Assembly: GCA_964598845.1 (NCBI GenBank)
Contig: CAZRDM010000002.1
Span: 35,428 to 99,427 of the forward strand
Direction of reading: 5' to 3'
Source of the DNA: an uncultured Candidatus Bathyarchaeia archaeon
Lineage (GTDB): Archaea > Thermoproteota > Bathyarchaeia > 40CM-2-53-6
Length of the DNA: 64,000 nucleotides
The notes under the pieces: generated by a model
The model's input: only the letters and a program-made list of their open reading frames with translations
What the model was told of the DNA's origin: nothing
The model's database searches: none
Shown here: positions 31,201-40,029 of the stretch, piece by piece
Layout of the letters: each line of letters begins with the position of its first letter
How positions within the stretch are numbered: position 1 is the stretch's first letter
Position numbers and translations under genes: made by a program

Positions 31201-31797
31201 CTTGCAGCCTCACAATACGAGGAAGTCAAAGAGAACTACAAGCACCTCGCTTCGAGGATTTACGGGTTAGAGAAGGAGAAGCTGTCGATCATGCAATTCA
31301 TGAACGAACTGGATCGTCAGAAGCATGAAAGCTTCATGCGAGCGTTCGGCAAGGTCAGCGAATCGTTCAATGAGATCTTCTCAACTGTTACTGGAGGAGT
31401 GGGAAGGCTATTCCTTGAGAAACCTGAAACCCCTTTTGATGGAGGGGCGGACATAAGGCTCCAATTCCCTGGCAAGACGGAGATGGCTATTGGAAGTGCA
31501 AGTGGTGGCGAGAAATCGGTAGGAACAGTTTGCTTCATCTTGGCTCTCCAAACCATCCACCCAATGCCGTTCTACATTATGGATGAGATTGACGCCCACC
31601 TTGACGTAGTGAATTCTCAACGCCTGGCGGAGCTTCTCAAAGCTAAATCGAAGGGGTCACAGTTCATCGTTGTCTCGTTGAAAGATGTAACAATCACGCG
31701 CGGCGACGCAGTCTACGGCGTGTTCGTTCAGGACGGAGTTTCCCAAGTTGTCAGCTTGCCCATGCAGGAGATGAAAATTGTTGGAAGAGCTCGGTAA
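28246..31797 (+). CDS. smc: Chromosome segregation protein Smc
   Basis: GPNGSGKSN, coiled coils, hinge region, SGGEKS and DEIDAHLD. Start placed at TTG 28246. Confidence 0.96.
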   Translation: MVYIKRVDLRGFKTFGRKATIHLGRGLTIITGPNGSGKSNILDSVKFALGELSPKELRGETISDLIHRGTQQASSRSAYVAVQFDNHDRRIPIDSEAVTISREFHRGGEGVYRLNGKRISRKQLTDILSSADIQVSSYNIVPQHAITRLAEVNPEERRKIIEDMVGIAVYDNKKASAQAELQHADINLKVASAKIDEVRLRVESLERERNDYLKYLQIRKEINQLQAKAVSYKIQKARQEANKIEEEIGLRQQQIQELRTGRDGLLKKKSNVESEKREYEESVTEKGNAKLLEVQRAIGDVSATIASLRAQASALEANIKSFQKQKAELEGSAADIVEKITNARKELRELRIQHTRLLKAIETKQVLADESSKLLTELRERLGENSREAEELERSINALTHRTIKFNAQIKASATKIDLLENHMHTLRSRKEEYETLLRSVTKRLEELALIKKGEETRVEEADRKIAEYSEVKSQRAQEIVNANEVAKRAGFALVEIESQNNLAENLASEDRALSLIEEMAESCALSGVYGRLSELVRVGPDYSKAVEAAAAGWMKALVVKNLETAVSCIEVLKRTRIGRVKLIPLEDLTKSKKLRIPGDLKEIIGPLTEQLIFAERFRPAVNHVFGDTVLALNQKSAFLASLKGIRAVAVAGDLYEPGGAMETGYYRQPFDISRLLLKGQTVQQLKGTLASLEKLACKAGEEIGRLEQEVLDQTRSKAHTQSLICSTEKEIASFTESLERARRIIEDTDVRIERIVHEVGTEKAMLEASVSQKSKIQERLRSYERDRASLKLRSRSATLLEQENVHMRLNQELNDLVRVRIETESRIGSLTSTVAVIEPSIEQTKIQTSSIERQAQKMANDLTATQAELSKFEDQLKQLKENRDKLSEELSSVRIRRAEYDTQLKKMDSEITRILDKLDPLSNDFANLTASSKQLQMQIEFHINDLKELGYSDVLEVSEDEIERVEGILQTLKKELASIGGVNELAASQYEEVKENYKHLASRIYGLEKEKLSIMQFMNELDRQKHESFMRAFGKVSESFNEIFSTVTGGVGRLFLEKPETPFDGGADIRLQFPGKTEMAIGSASGGEKSVGTVCFILALQTIHPMPFYIMDEIDAHLDVVNSQRLAELLKAKSKGSQFIVVSLKDVTITRGDAVYGVFVQDGVSQVVSLPMQEMKIVGRAR

Positions 31798-32452
31798 GCC
31801 CTTCTGGCTGAGACCTCCGTACTTAGTACTATTCGATCTCTTGCGTCTTCATAGGGTCAAGCCTTGGGATGTTGATATCGCCTTCTTGTTGAACTCATTT
31901 CTTGCGGAGATGAAAAGGATTGGGTACATTGACTTCTCTGCTTCAGGCACGGCTTTGCTTTCGTCATCGATCGTGCACCGGATGAAATCAGAACTTGTCC
32001 TGAAGATGGAGGAGCCACCAAAACCACCGGCACCAAGGCCTAATGAGGAGATACCCCCTCCGCTGTCTTTCCCGCTGCGATTTGAGTACACGGCCACATC
32101 AGTGGTTGAGATCCTCAGCGCGCTTCAACAGGTCTTGGAGAGTGAGAAAAATCTCTTAGCAAGGAAGCCGTTCGTGCTGACTCCACCATCCGTCTTCGAA
32201 CAAATAGATGAGTTTCTTGCAAACATCCAAGAGAACATTGAGGAGTTCTTCGCGAAACTCATCAAGCTGAGCATCAGAGGATTACCACTCTCATTCAAGA
32301 AGTTGGTTAAGGGCGAAAACCTCCTAGAAATCGTCAGAGTGTTCATCATGCTCCTCTTCCTTGCCAATGAGAAGAGAATCCTACTTGCACAAGACGAACA
32401 ACGTTCAGATATCCTGATACGATTGGGGGAGGTAGCACCATCTATTGCTTGA
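31778..32452 (+). CDS. scpA: Kleisin ScpA
   Basis: PWDVDI motif and C-terminal FIMLLFLA; lies between smc and scpB. Confidence 0.85.
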   Translation: MLEELGKPFWLRPPYLVLFDLLRLHRVKPWDVDIAFLLNSFLAEMKRIGYIDFSASGTALLSSSIVHRMKSELVLKMEEPPKPPAPRPNEEIPPPLSFPLRFEYTATSVVEILSALQQVLESEKNLLARKPFVLTPPSVFEQIDEFLANIQENIEEFFAKLIKLSIRGLPLSFKKLVKGENLLEIVRVFIMLLFLANEKRILLAQDEQRSDILIRLGEVAPSIA

Positions 32453-33038
32453 AACCCCGAGTGAAACATCTCAATTACCACGGAAAATGATGAGCAAAGT
32501 TGTGCTCGTTGAAGCAGCGCTATATGTATCAGGAAGGCCCGTTGACGTTAAGACACTTGGTTCAGTCGTCGGATTCCGATCCGAAGATAAGATCAGAAAA
32601 CTTGCCCGATTTCTCAAGGACAAATACGGAAACGATGGGAGCTCCTTGGAGATCTTGGAATTGAGCGATGGCAGGTTTGTAATGCAACTCAAACCACAAT
32701 TCGTTAGGCACGTCAAGCGCCTCGCTCAGAAACAACTTCTCTCCCTAGGTCCAATGAAGACCCTCTCCTTCATTGCCTACCGTCAACCCATCGTGCAATC
32801 GTACCTCGCAAAGGTAAGAGGAAACCTCACCTATTCGCATGTGAGGCAGCTTAGGGAAATGGGCCTGCTGACTGAGGAAAAAGTAGGTAGAACTAAAGTC
32901 CTCCGGACTACCCCTAACTTTGCTGACTATTTCAATCTGAGCCATGACTTGCAGATGATGAAAAAGCAGCTAGAGAAACTCTTTCAAACCATTAGGGAAG
33001 AGAAATCTACGAAGAAAAGGAGGACTATGTCCATATGA
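32445..33038 (+). CDS. scpB: Segregation and condensation protein ScpB
   Basis: VEAALYVSGRP, TLSFIAYRQPI and TTPNFADYFNL motifs. Confidence 0.92.
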   Translation: MLETPSETSQLPRKMMSKVVLVEAALYVSGRPVDVKTLGSVVGFRSEDKIRKLARFLKDKYGNDGSSLEILELSDGRFVMQLKPQFVRHVKRLAQKQLLSLGPMKTLSFIAYRQPIVQSYLAKVRGNLTYSHVRQLREMGLLTEEKVGRTKVLRTTPNFADYFNLSHDLQMMKKQLEKLFQTIREEKSTKKRRTMSI

Positions 33039-33204
33039 ACAACCAGATAGGACACATCGGGACTGACATCCGCGAAGCCGAGGAATATCAACGAAAGCGA
33101 TGAGAACCATTACCTGCTCACCATACGATCCGAACTTGGAACAACCCTTAAATGAACGACTTATTGCCTGTCCCCCAATACGTTACTCGGAGCTTGATAA
33201 TGAA

Positions 33205-33600
33205 ATGCCTCAGTGGCACGGCGACTTGCATAAGCGCAAGAAGACAGGAGGCAAGAGACATGTCTCCCGAGGCAAGCGCGCTTTTGAGATGGGCAGTGAC
33301 GCTGCTGAGACGATTGTGGGAGAGAGACGGATCACAGAGAAGAGAGGGCGGGGCGGGAAGAGTAAACTCCGCGCCTTGGCCGTGAACTATGCAAATGTGA
33401 CAGACCCTACGACCGGGAAGAGCCAGAAAACTGAGATTCGCGGAGTCATAAAGAATCCAGCCAACGTCGACTATCAGCGCCGAGGCGTCATAACCAAAGG
33501 CGCCGTTGTCGATACTCCCCTGGGGCAGGCGATAGTCACTTCAAGACCGGGTCAACATGGGGTCGTAAACGCCGTGCTCATCCAAGCTTCCGTAAAGTAG
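33205..33600 (+). CDS. rps8e: 30S ribosomal protein S8e
   Basis: MPQWHG..KRKKTGG, RGRGG, ITKGAVV and TSRPGQHGVVNA. Start at ATG 33205. Confidence 0.96.
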   Translation: MPQWHGDLHKRKKTGGKRHVSRGKRAFEMGSDAAETIVGERRITEKRGRGGKSKLRALAVNYANVTDPTTGKSQKTEIRGVIKNPANVDYQRRGVITKGAVVDTPLGQAIVTSRPGQHGVVNAVLIQASVK

Positions 33601-33658
33601 CCTTTCTCCACTTACAGATTCTTCCCCGATATTCTCCAGAAATTGGGGCGAATATCTC

Positions 33659-33973
33659 ATGAAACTTCAGGAAAAAATCATTGTCTGGCCTGCAAACCTT
33701 GACTCATCGAAAAGCCGATGTGAAGGCCGCAAGATTCCGAAAGGCATAGCCTTGCAGGCTCCGAGGCTTGAGGAGATAAGAGAAGCCGCAGCGCGACTCT
33801 CGCTTGAGGTCGAGGTTGTTCCTGCCAAATCTAGACCGAGAACTTGGTGGGAGAAAGCCGGCTATGTCATTCTTCCACGGAAGCAAGCAAAAGTCGCCGT
33901 AGTGCGCACACTAGCTAATGAGATCAGAAAAATAAGGTCCGCAAAGACTGCCCCTGAGAAAGATAGGAAGTAG
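33659..33973 (+). CDS. srp19: Signal recognition particle 19 kDa protein
   Basis: IVWPANLDSSKSR.EGRKIPK and PRTWWEKAG motifs. Confidence 0.92.
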   Translation: MKLQEKIIVWPANLDSSKSRCEGRKIPKGIALQAPRLEEIREAAARLSLEVEVVPAKSRPRTWWEKAGYVILPRKQAKVAVVRTLANEIRKIRSAKTAPEKDRK

Positions 33974-33990
33974 TTTTCAAACAATGATAA

Positions 33991-35102
33991 TCACTCTAAA
34001 ACCTCTCCAGTCATCGTAACATCCACTAACTCTCCCGCCTCGAGGGCAGTTACGTTTTCAGGAATCGTCACGATACCGTTCGAAGCAACTATACTCACCA
34101 ATGCGGAAGAACGTTGAAGCTTCAAGGGCTGAGCAACCAATCCCTCCGACGTTTCTCTCACGGAGACTCTTACGAAAGTTCTGTAACCATGCGGTCCGCT
34201 TATCCTTTCGTTGAGCCTAGCCTTCACAACGGGTTCAAACCTTTGCCGAGCATGGAGAACCCTCGAAATCAGAGGTCGGCCGAAGATACGGAAGGCAATA
34301 ATCGCTGAAACGGGGAAACCTGGGAGCGAAAGAGTTGGCTTCCCCTTCACAACTGCTAAGCCGGTCGCGAGAGAGGGACGCATCGCTATGCCGTGCACAA
34401 TCATTCCCGGTTCTCCAATCTTGTCTATGCAGGTTGGGACCAGATCCTTATTTCCTACGGAAGACCCCGCGCTAATCAAGACAGCGTCACATGACCGGAT
34501 ACCTCTTCGAAGCACTCGTATTATCTCGACTTCTTTCGCACAACTCGAATTGACAGCAATCCTAGCAACTTGAAAATCCCAAGGTCTTCAGAACGAACCC
34601 GCCTGCTTTTCCGGAGAACTGAAGTCCCCGGTCTGACATCCTCGCCCTTCCGCGATATGTTCTGTCCCGGAGTAGCGGATGCCTAGACCTCAATTCTTCC
34701 TCCCCGGATGGAGTTGGTTCGCTCCACTGTGACGACCGTGTCAGCACCGCAGGGAATCATGCTACCCGTAGCTACCGCTACCGCTTCCCCTGCCTTTACG
34801 CTGGCTCGAGATGCCTCACCCAACCTGCTCTCTCCAACGACCTGCAAGACAGCTGGATTCTCGTCAGAAGCGTTCCGAGTATCCTGTGAGCGAACGGCAT
34901 ACCCATCCATTGCAGACCGATCTGTGGGTGGGATCCACTGCTTCGCCACAATGTCCTCTGCCAACACCCTGCCAAGAGCTTCCTTGACGTCTACGCGTTC
35001 CGGTTTGATTGATAGAGTCCGAAATGTTCCAAAAAACAGGCGGAGAGCGTCATCCATCTTTGTGACCTCGGTAAACCCTGCACGGTGAAGACGATCAGGC
35101 AT
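33991..35102 (-). pseudogene. moeA: Molybdopterin molybdotransferase MoeA, disrupted
   Basis: N-part has GRVLAED, SAMDGYAV and TGSMIP, then TAG at 34683-34685. Homology continues in frame (PGQNISRKGEDV) to TAA at 34521-34523. The C-part (GSSVG, LPGFPVS) is in another frame and the STGDEL region is missing. Confidence 0.85.
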
Positions 35103-35155
35103 CCAGATCACCCGCAACTCACAGAAGAATACGATTAAGCAGATATGCAACACGG

Positions 35156-35419
35156 TTGCCATCTTTGGATATCCAGATTTGTACGATCGACATCCTTGCC
35201 TTGGTCGCAATTGCGCTCTTGGGGATTCTAGTCTTACTGGGACTCCTCGTTTGGTTTGGAGGATCTAGAAGTGCAGCCGCGAGTGAACCTATCATAGAAC
35301 TTGAGAAGTCGGTGAATTGCGTATCTTGCGGATCCTCAATTCCGGAAGAAACTCCTAAGTGCGCCTTTTGCGGCGCTTGGGAAACAAAGGCAGATTCTCT
35401 TGGATCGACCAATCCTTAA
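35156..35419 (+). CDS. Small membrane protein with C-terminal Zn ribbon
   Basis: Single TM helix followed by CVSCG...CAFCG. Confidence 0.6.
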   Translation: MPSLDIQICTIDILALVAIALLGILVLLGLLVWFGGSRSAAASEPIIELEKSVNCVSCGSSIPEETPKCAFCGAWETKADSLGSTNP

Positions 35420-35423
35420 ATAA
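35416..35423 (+). promoter_or_regulatory. Putative TATA box of tRNA-Asn
   Basis: TTAAATAA, 34 nt before the leader copy of the acceptor strand (35450). Confidence 0.55.
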
Positions 35424-35467
35424 AGACCACTGGGCCAAAAGGCGCGAACGCCGCCGTGGTTGCATGA

Positions 35468-35608
35468 GCCGCCGTGTGCGCTTAGGCGTAGACGACAGCT
35501 CAGTGGTTAGAGCAGCGGACCCTGAGATGGCCGTAGGGGGCTGAAGCTGTTAAGCTGGAAGACGCAGCGACCCGTTGGTCGCAGGTTCGAGTCCTGCCGG
35601 CGGCGCCA
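35468..35608 (+). tRNA. tRNA-Asn(GTT) with three introns (8/9, 30/31, 37/38); CCA encoded
   Basis: Removing 35476-35496, 35519-35545 and 35553-35569 gives GCCGCCG TA GCTC AGTGGTTA GAGC A GCGGG CT GTT AA CCCGT TGGTC GCAGG TTCGAGT CCTGC CGGCGGC G CCA. Confidence 0.9.
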
Positions 35609-35802
35609 CTACCCATCCGAAATCTGAAGGAGTCCACAAATACGTGCAAAACTCTGTTCTTGAGGAAGCAGTCGCTGAAAATTAGACTATGTGCTCGTGC
35701 AGTAGTTTAGAGATTAAAAGGCAAGGATTGAAGCAGAGCAAATAGTTTGATTTGCCCGTAGTTCTCACATCACTCTCTTCTGTGCGAGTAGGTTGAATCA
35801 GC

Positions 35803-36477
35803 TTGCTAGAAGGGGGAGCGCCGCAAGTTGAGACTAAGGTTCAGAATGTTGTGGCTTCTGGAAATTTGAGTCAACATCTAGACTTGGATTCCATTCTGAA
35901 GGTGACCCCAAGAGCAAACTACGATCCCGCTAAGTTTCCAGGCCTAGTTTACAGACTAAAGAAACCTGCGACAACGACACTATTGTTCAGTACAGGAAGG
36001 ATGATCTGCACTGGGGCTAAGTCCGAGAGGTCAGCCAAGACCGCAATCACGAGAATTGTAAACGAGCTCAAGGATCATGGCATACTTGTTCTAGGGAAAC
36101 CTGATGTTAGAATCGAGAACATTGTGGCTACGGGCGACCTCGGTGGCATTATTGATCTAGAGGATGCGGCAGAGCATCTGGCAAAGACGATGTACGAACC
36201 TGAACAGTTTCCCGGCCTGATCTTCAGGATGGATGACCCGAAGGCTGTGATTCTGATTTTCGCAAGTGGGAAACTAGTTATCACGGGGACCAAGAGGGAA
36301 ATTGAAGTCAAACTCGCCGTTCAGAGACTCCGAGAGACACTCAATAGGCATGGACTCATATTCTGTCAAAAACCACCAAATGGCAGCATTCCAGCGAAAC
36401 TTTCCAGATCGGCTGCTCCGACAGTTTCCGTTGTGCTCTTTGATGATAATGTGCTCAAGAAGAAAATCGCGGCGTAG
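35803..36477 (+). CDS. tbp: TATA-box-binding protein (possible paralog)
   Basis: Two TBP repeats: NVVAS..YDPAKFPGL..LLFSTGRMICTG and NIVAT..YEPEQFPGL..LIFASGKLVITG. Confidence 0.93.
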   Translation: MLEGGAPQVETKVQNVVASGNLSQHLDLDSILKVTPRANYDPAKFPGLVYRLKKPATTTLLFSTGRMICTGAKSERSAKTAITRIVNELKDHGILVLGKPDVRIENIVATGDLGGIIDLEDAAEHLAKTMYEPEQFPGLIFRMDDPKAVILIFASGKLVITGTKREIEVKLAVQRLRETLNRHGLIFCQKPPNGSIPAKLSRSAAPTVSVVLFDDNVLKKKIAA

Positions 36478-36798
36478 AGTATTCATGCAACAAGTGAGGG
36501 GGCGCAGTTGCAAGACTTCAGACCCATCCTTCTCAATGCAAAATTCAAGACGGTAGATTCGACTACTGCAGCGCCTACCATCTGCTCTTCCAATTCTTCC
36601 GAACCCCTGTAAGATTGGGGCAAGCTCGAAGAGTCTCTAGCCAGCTCCTGACAAAAGTCGGATGAATTGGAACTGAACCTGACTTCTAGCTCGAAATGCT
36701 CTCTAAGTATTTTGCCTGCATGATAGAAGGGTCAACATTGATTAGAATGCGGAATCGATCACGTGTATATCTAAACCGCTTTGTGAGGTGCGAAACGA

Positions 36799-37101
36799 TT
36801 GAAGCGCTCTGCTTGGGCACTTCTTGCAACGATTGTCATCCTGCCTCTAGTTGTCGGAACATTAACTATTCTGACATTGCCTCGACTGAGTTCTCTCAAT
36901 GCTCCTACTTGGTTATCTGAATGTAGCGCTTACGCTAATCCCTTTGAACCTCCTTACCCCCGAGTTCCTGAGTCATGCAAGTCTCTATTGATACCGCTCC
37001 TCTTGCTCGCTGCGGTTTTGTTCTCTATTGCCACCCTCAGGAGTACGCGGCGGAAAAAGACGAAAGATAGAGTTGTGGGGCCACGTCAGGGTCTCGAATG
37101 A
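36799..37101 (+). CDS. Hypothetical small membrane protein
   Basis: Two hydrophobic segments flanking a PYPRVPE motif, with a basic tail. Confidence 0.4.
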   Translation: MKRSAWALLATIVILPLVVGTLTILTLPRLSSLNAPTWLSECSAYANPFEPPYPRVPESCKSLLIPLLLLAAVLFSIATLRSTRRKKTKDRVVGPRQGLE

Positions 37102-37117
37102 CTCATGGGATCTGCAC

Positions 37118-37771
37118 CTAGTCCGCAAAGGTCACTTCGAAAACACAGAATTCATGCCCTAGGGATGCACACTCTATCTCGGAACTCGCAGCCGCCTTCT
37201 TGCTGAGGTAAGCTTCCAGATAACCCACAATTCCTCCTCGCACCACATGGCATGTCGGCTCCATGGAGGTACGTTCATAGGAGAGCGGAGTGCCTCTAAA
37301 CTTGACAAGATATAGAGTTCTGCTGCTCTCTTTCCTCTTCTCGAAGACTAAACATCTTCCCCAGCCGCGAAGCCTCGCAACTCTGTCCAAGACCTCACCC
37401 AAATCGTTCTCGGACTTGATATCGTCCTTTGAGTAATGGCAGATGGTGCGTCCCATTTCATTTCCCATGTTGTAGAGCAATATCTCAGCGACTCGCCTCC
37501 CAGCCATTGATACAAGCTTATCCACAAAAGCTTGAAACGTTTTCACTCTAAATGAAACGATTCGGGTGCTATCTTCCAGAATCCAACCGTTCTCTTCGTC
37601 TCTCGTTAGACTACCAAGACTACGTTCAGTTTGTGACAATTGTGAGCTACGCGTTTCGTTTCCTTGGTTGAGTAAAGCCTTGCGACCGATCAGGTCTGAC
37701 GAGACAAGAGAGGCTAGAGATTTAAAGAAGGAAGGCTCTTTTCTCTTAACTTCTAAACTCATCGCTTCCAA
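37118..37771 (-). CDS. V4R-domain protein
   Basis: LYNMGNEMG, RGWG, PTCHVVRG and EIECASLGHEFCVFEV motifs. Confidence 0.8.
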   Translation of the reverse strand: MEAMSLEVKRKEPSFFKSLASLVSSDLIGRKALLNQGNETRSSQLSQTERSLGSLTRDEENGWILEDSTRIVSFRVKTFQAFVDKLVSMAGRRVAEILLYNMGNEMGRTICHYSKDDIKSENDLGEVLDRVARLRGWGRCLVFEKRKESSRTLYLVKFRGTPLSYERTSMEPTCHVVRGGIVGYLEAYLSKKAAASSEIECASLGHEFCVFEVTFAD

Positions 37772-37913
37772 GATCTTATGTGTCCGCCATTTCCTGTCTA
37801 TGAGGGTTCACATGCTTCTAGCGGCTCTTGTCTTTCAGAAAAACTTCTGCAGAGCAAACACGGACCCGCTTCTCCACGATCAAGGGCTTGTGTCGTCCGA
37901 ACCTGTTACGATA

Positions 37914-38999
37914 TCAGGCCATATCTTTGAGGACTCTTAGAACTGTATCGGTTGGGACCAGGTCCGTTAGGAATACTTTGCCTATGGTCCGCGGCAGCAC
38001 CCATCTAATCCGTCCACCCAGAGCCTTCTTGTCTTTCTTTAGCTGTTGAAGGATGTCAGTCGGCTTGATTGGCTGGTCTATCCTGGAGGGAAGGTGCGCG
38101 GTGTCTATTAGACGCTCTTGAAGTTCGAGTGTCTCGTCACTTGTGAAACCGAGCTCGCAGGATATGCTCGCCGCAGCTTTCATGCCGATTGCAACTGCTT
38201 CTCCATGTGAGTAGTGGGCATAGCCAGTCAGAGTTTCGAGCGCGTGTCCGACGGTATGCCCATAGTTTAGGATCGATCTGATCCCGCGCTCCTTCTCGTC
38301 TTCTTCTACGACCCGAGCCTTGATAGAAGAACACCGGGAGATTATTTCGATAACACTCTCACTGGAAAGATTGGGGAATGTATGCAGCGTTGATGCAAGG
38401 ATCTGATAGAGTTCTGGATCTGCGATGATAGCATACTTTATGACCTCGGCCAAGCCGGAACGTAGTTCTCTTTCCGGAAGGGTCCTGATGGTGGAGATGT
38501 CTGACCACACTATTGTTGGTTGATAAAAGGCCCCTATGAGATTCTTCGCCTTCGGATGGTTGATGCCGGTCTTACCTCCGATGCTACTGTCCACTTGCGC
38601 GAGAAGAGTTGTGGGGACTTGGATCAAGCGCAATCCGCGCATGAAGGTGGCGGCGGCAAATCCTGCCACATCACCGATCACGCCTCCTCCAAGGGCGAGT
38701 ATCCCAGAGCTTCTGTCTAACTCGTTCTCGAGCAATCTGTCAAAAATCGCTGTGACAGAGTGAAGCGACTTGGCTTCTTCGTCATCATCTACAAGTGCCA
38801 CTGAAACGTCGAAATGGCTCGACACAAGGGAATCTTGGATTACTTTGCCGTATAGAGACCATACTCTTTCGCTGCTAACTATCATCTGTTTACATCCGAG
38901 TCCAAGCTTGCTGATGGCTTTTCCCAGATCGCTCAGTATTCCGTTTCCAACAACAATCTCGTACGAACGCTCTCCGAGAGATACGGGAATCCTCTTCAA
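37914..38999 (-). CDS. aroB: 3-dehydroquinate synthase
   Basis: GGGVIGD, PTTLLAQVDSSIGGKTG, LNYGHT and HGEAVAIG motifs. Confidence 0.96.
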   Translation of the reverse strand: MKRIPVSLGERSYEIVVGNGILSDLGKAISKLGLGCKQMIVSSERVWSLYGKVIQDSLVSSHFDVSVALVDDDEEAKSLHSVTAIFDRLLENELDRSSGILALGGGVIGDVAGFAAATFMRGLRLIQVPTTLLAQVDSSIGGKTGINHPKAKNLIGAFYQPTIVWSDISTIRTLPERELRSGLAEVIKYAIIADPELYQILASTLHTFPNLSSESVIEIISRCSSIKARVVEEDEKERGIRSILNYGHTVGHALETLTGYAHYSHGEAVAIGMKAAASISCELGFTSDETLELQERLIDTAHLPSRIDQPIKPTDILQQLKKDKKALGGRIRWVLPRTIGKVFLTDLVPTDTVLRVLKDMA

Positions 39000-39012
39000 G
39001 TCGAAAAGACAC

Positions 39013-40029
39013 CTAACGCAACAGACGACCGACAGCTCTTGCGACAGGTTCGAGCTCTTCTACCAGATTTCCGAACTCCTTCAAGTCCAATTGTTGATGG
39101 GAATCGGAGAAAGCTCTCTCGGGGTTTGGATGCGTTTCAATCATGAGGCCATCAGCTCCCGCGGCTACTGCCGCCTTAGCCATCGGCGTTACGAGATCTC
39201 TGCTCCCTGTAGCGTGGCTCGGGTCAACCACAACGGGCAGATGAGTCAGTTTTCTGAGGACCGGAATGGCCGCAAGATCTAGGGTGTTCCGAGTTGCTTT
39301 CTCGAACGTACGGATGCCCCTCTCGCAAAGAACGACATTTGGGTTTCCCTCCAAGAGAATGTACTCAGCGGCCTGCAGCCATTCGTCGATAGTGGCCATC
39401 ATTCCACGCTTCAGAAGGACAGGTATCCTCGATTTTCCAACGGCCTTGAGAAGTGAAAAGTTCTGCATGTTGCGTGCTCCGATCTGCAACATATCGGTGT
39501 ACTTGCTCAGAAGGTCAACCTTTTCGGGGGCAAGGACCTCCGTTACGATGGGAAGTCCGACTTCTTCACGTACCTCGGCCAGTAGCGGGAGGCCTTCGTC
39601 TCCTAGCCCTTGAAAATCGTAGGGCGAAGTGCGCGGTTTGTAGACGCCTCCTCGCAGAAGAGAAGCGCCAAGCCGCTTGGCCGCATGAGCTGTTTCTAGG
39701 AACTGTGTTCGGCTTTCAATGGAGCATGGGCCTGCGATGATGACGAGCTTCATGGCGCCGATGCTTACGTCTCCGACCCTGACTTCTGATGTCTTGCCTT
39801 GAAACTCCTTACTGGCCAGTTGAGCTCTCAGAGTTGAGTTTACGACTCGCTCAGTGATCCCGTTTCTTTCGAGTTCAGCTACCTCCTCCGGAGCGAGCTC
39901 TTGATGAGTAACAAGGAGAGTTTGATTGTTCCAAGCTACGGCTCTTACATCAATTCCTTTCTTACTTAGAAGATCTCGTGCCTCAACGATTCTTTCAGGG
40001 CTCGCATCCTTCCGCAGGACTACTATCAA
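39013..40029 (-). CDS. aroF: DAHP synthase type I-beta with N-terminal regulatory domain
   Basis: [32 protein letters not shown] and DPSH motifs. Confidence 0.95.
   Translation of the reverse strand: MIVVLRKDASPERIVEARDLLSKKGIDVRAVAWNNQTLLVTHQELAPEEVAELERNGITERVVNSTLRAQLASKEFQGKTSEVRVGDVSIGAMKLVIIAGPCSIESRTQFLETAHAAKRLGASLLRGGVYKPRTSPYDFQGLGDEGLPLLAEVREEVGLPIVTEVLAPEKVDLLSKYTDMLQIGARNMQNFSLLKAVGKSRIPVLLKRGMMATIDEWLQAAEYILLEGNPNVVLCERGIRTFEKATRNTLDLAAIPVLRKLTHLPVVVDPSHATGSRDLVTPMAKAAVAAGADGLMIETHPNPERAFSDSHQQLDLKEFGNLVEELEPVARAVGRLLR

Noticed and set aside
34683..34685. Pyrrolysine readthrough of the moeA TAG
   Set aside because: A downstream deletion/frameshift breaks the gene anyway, and no pyl genes are in the window.
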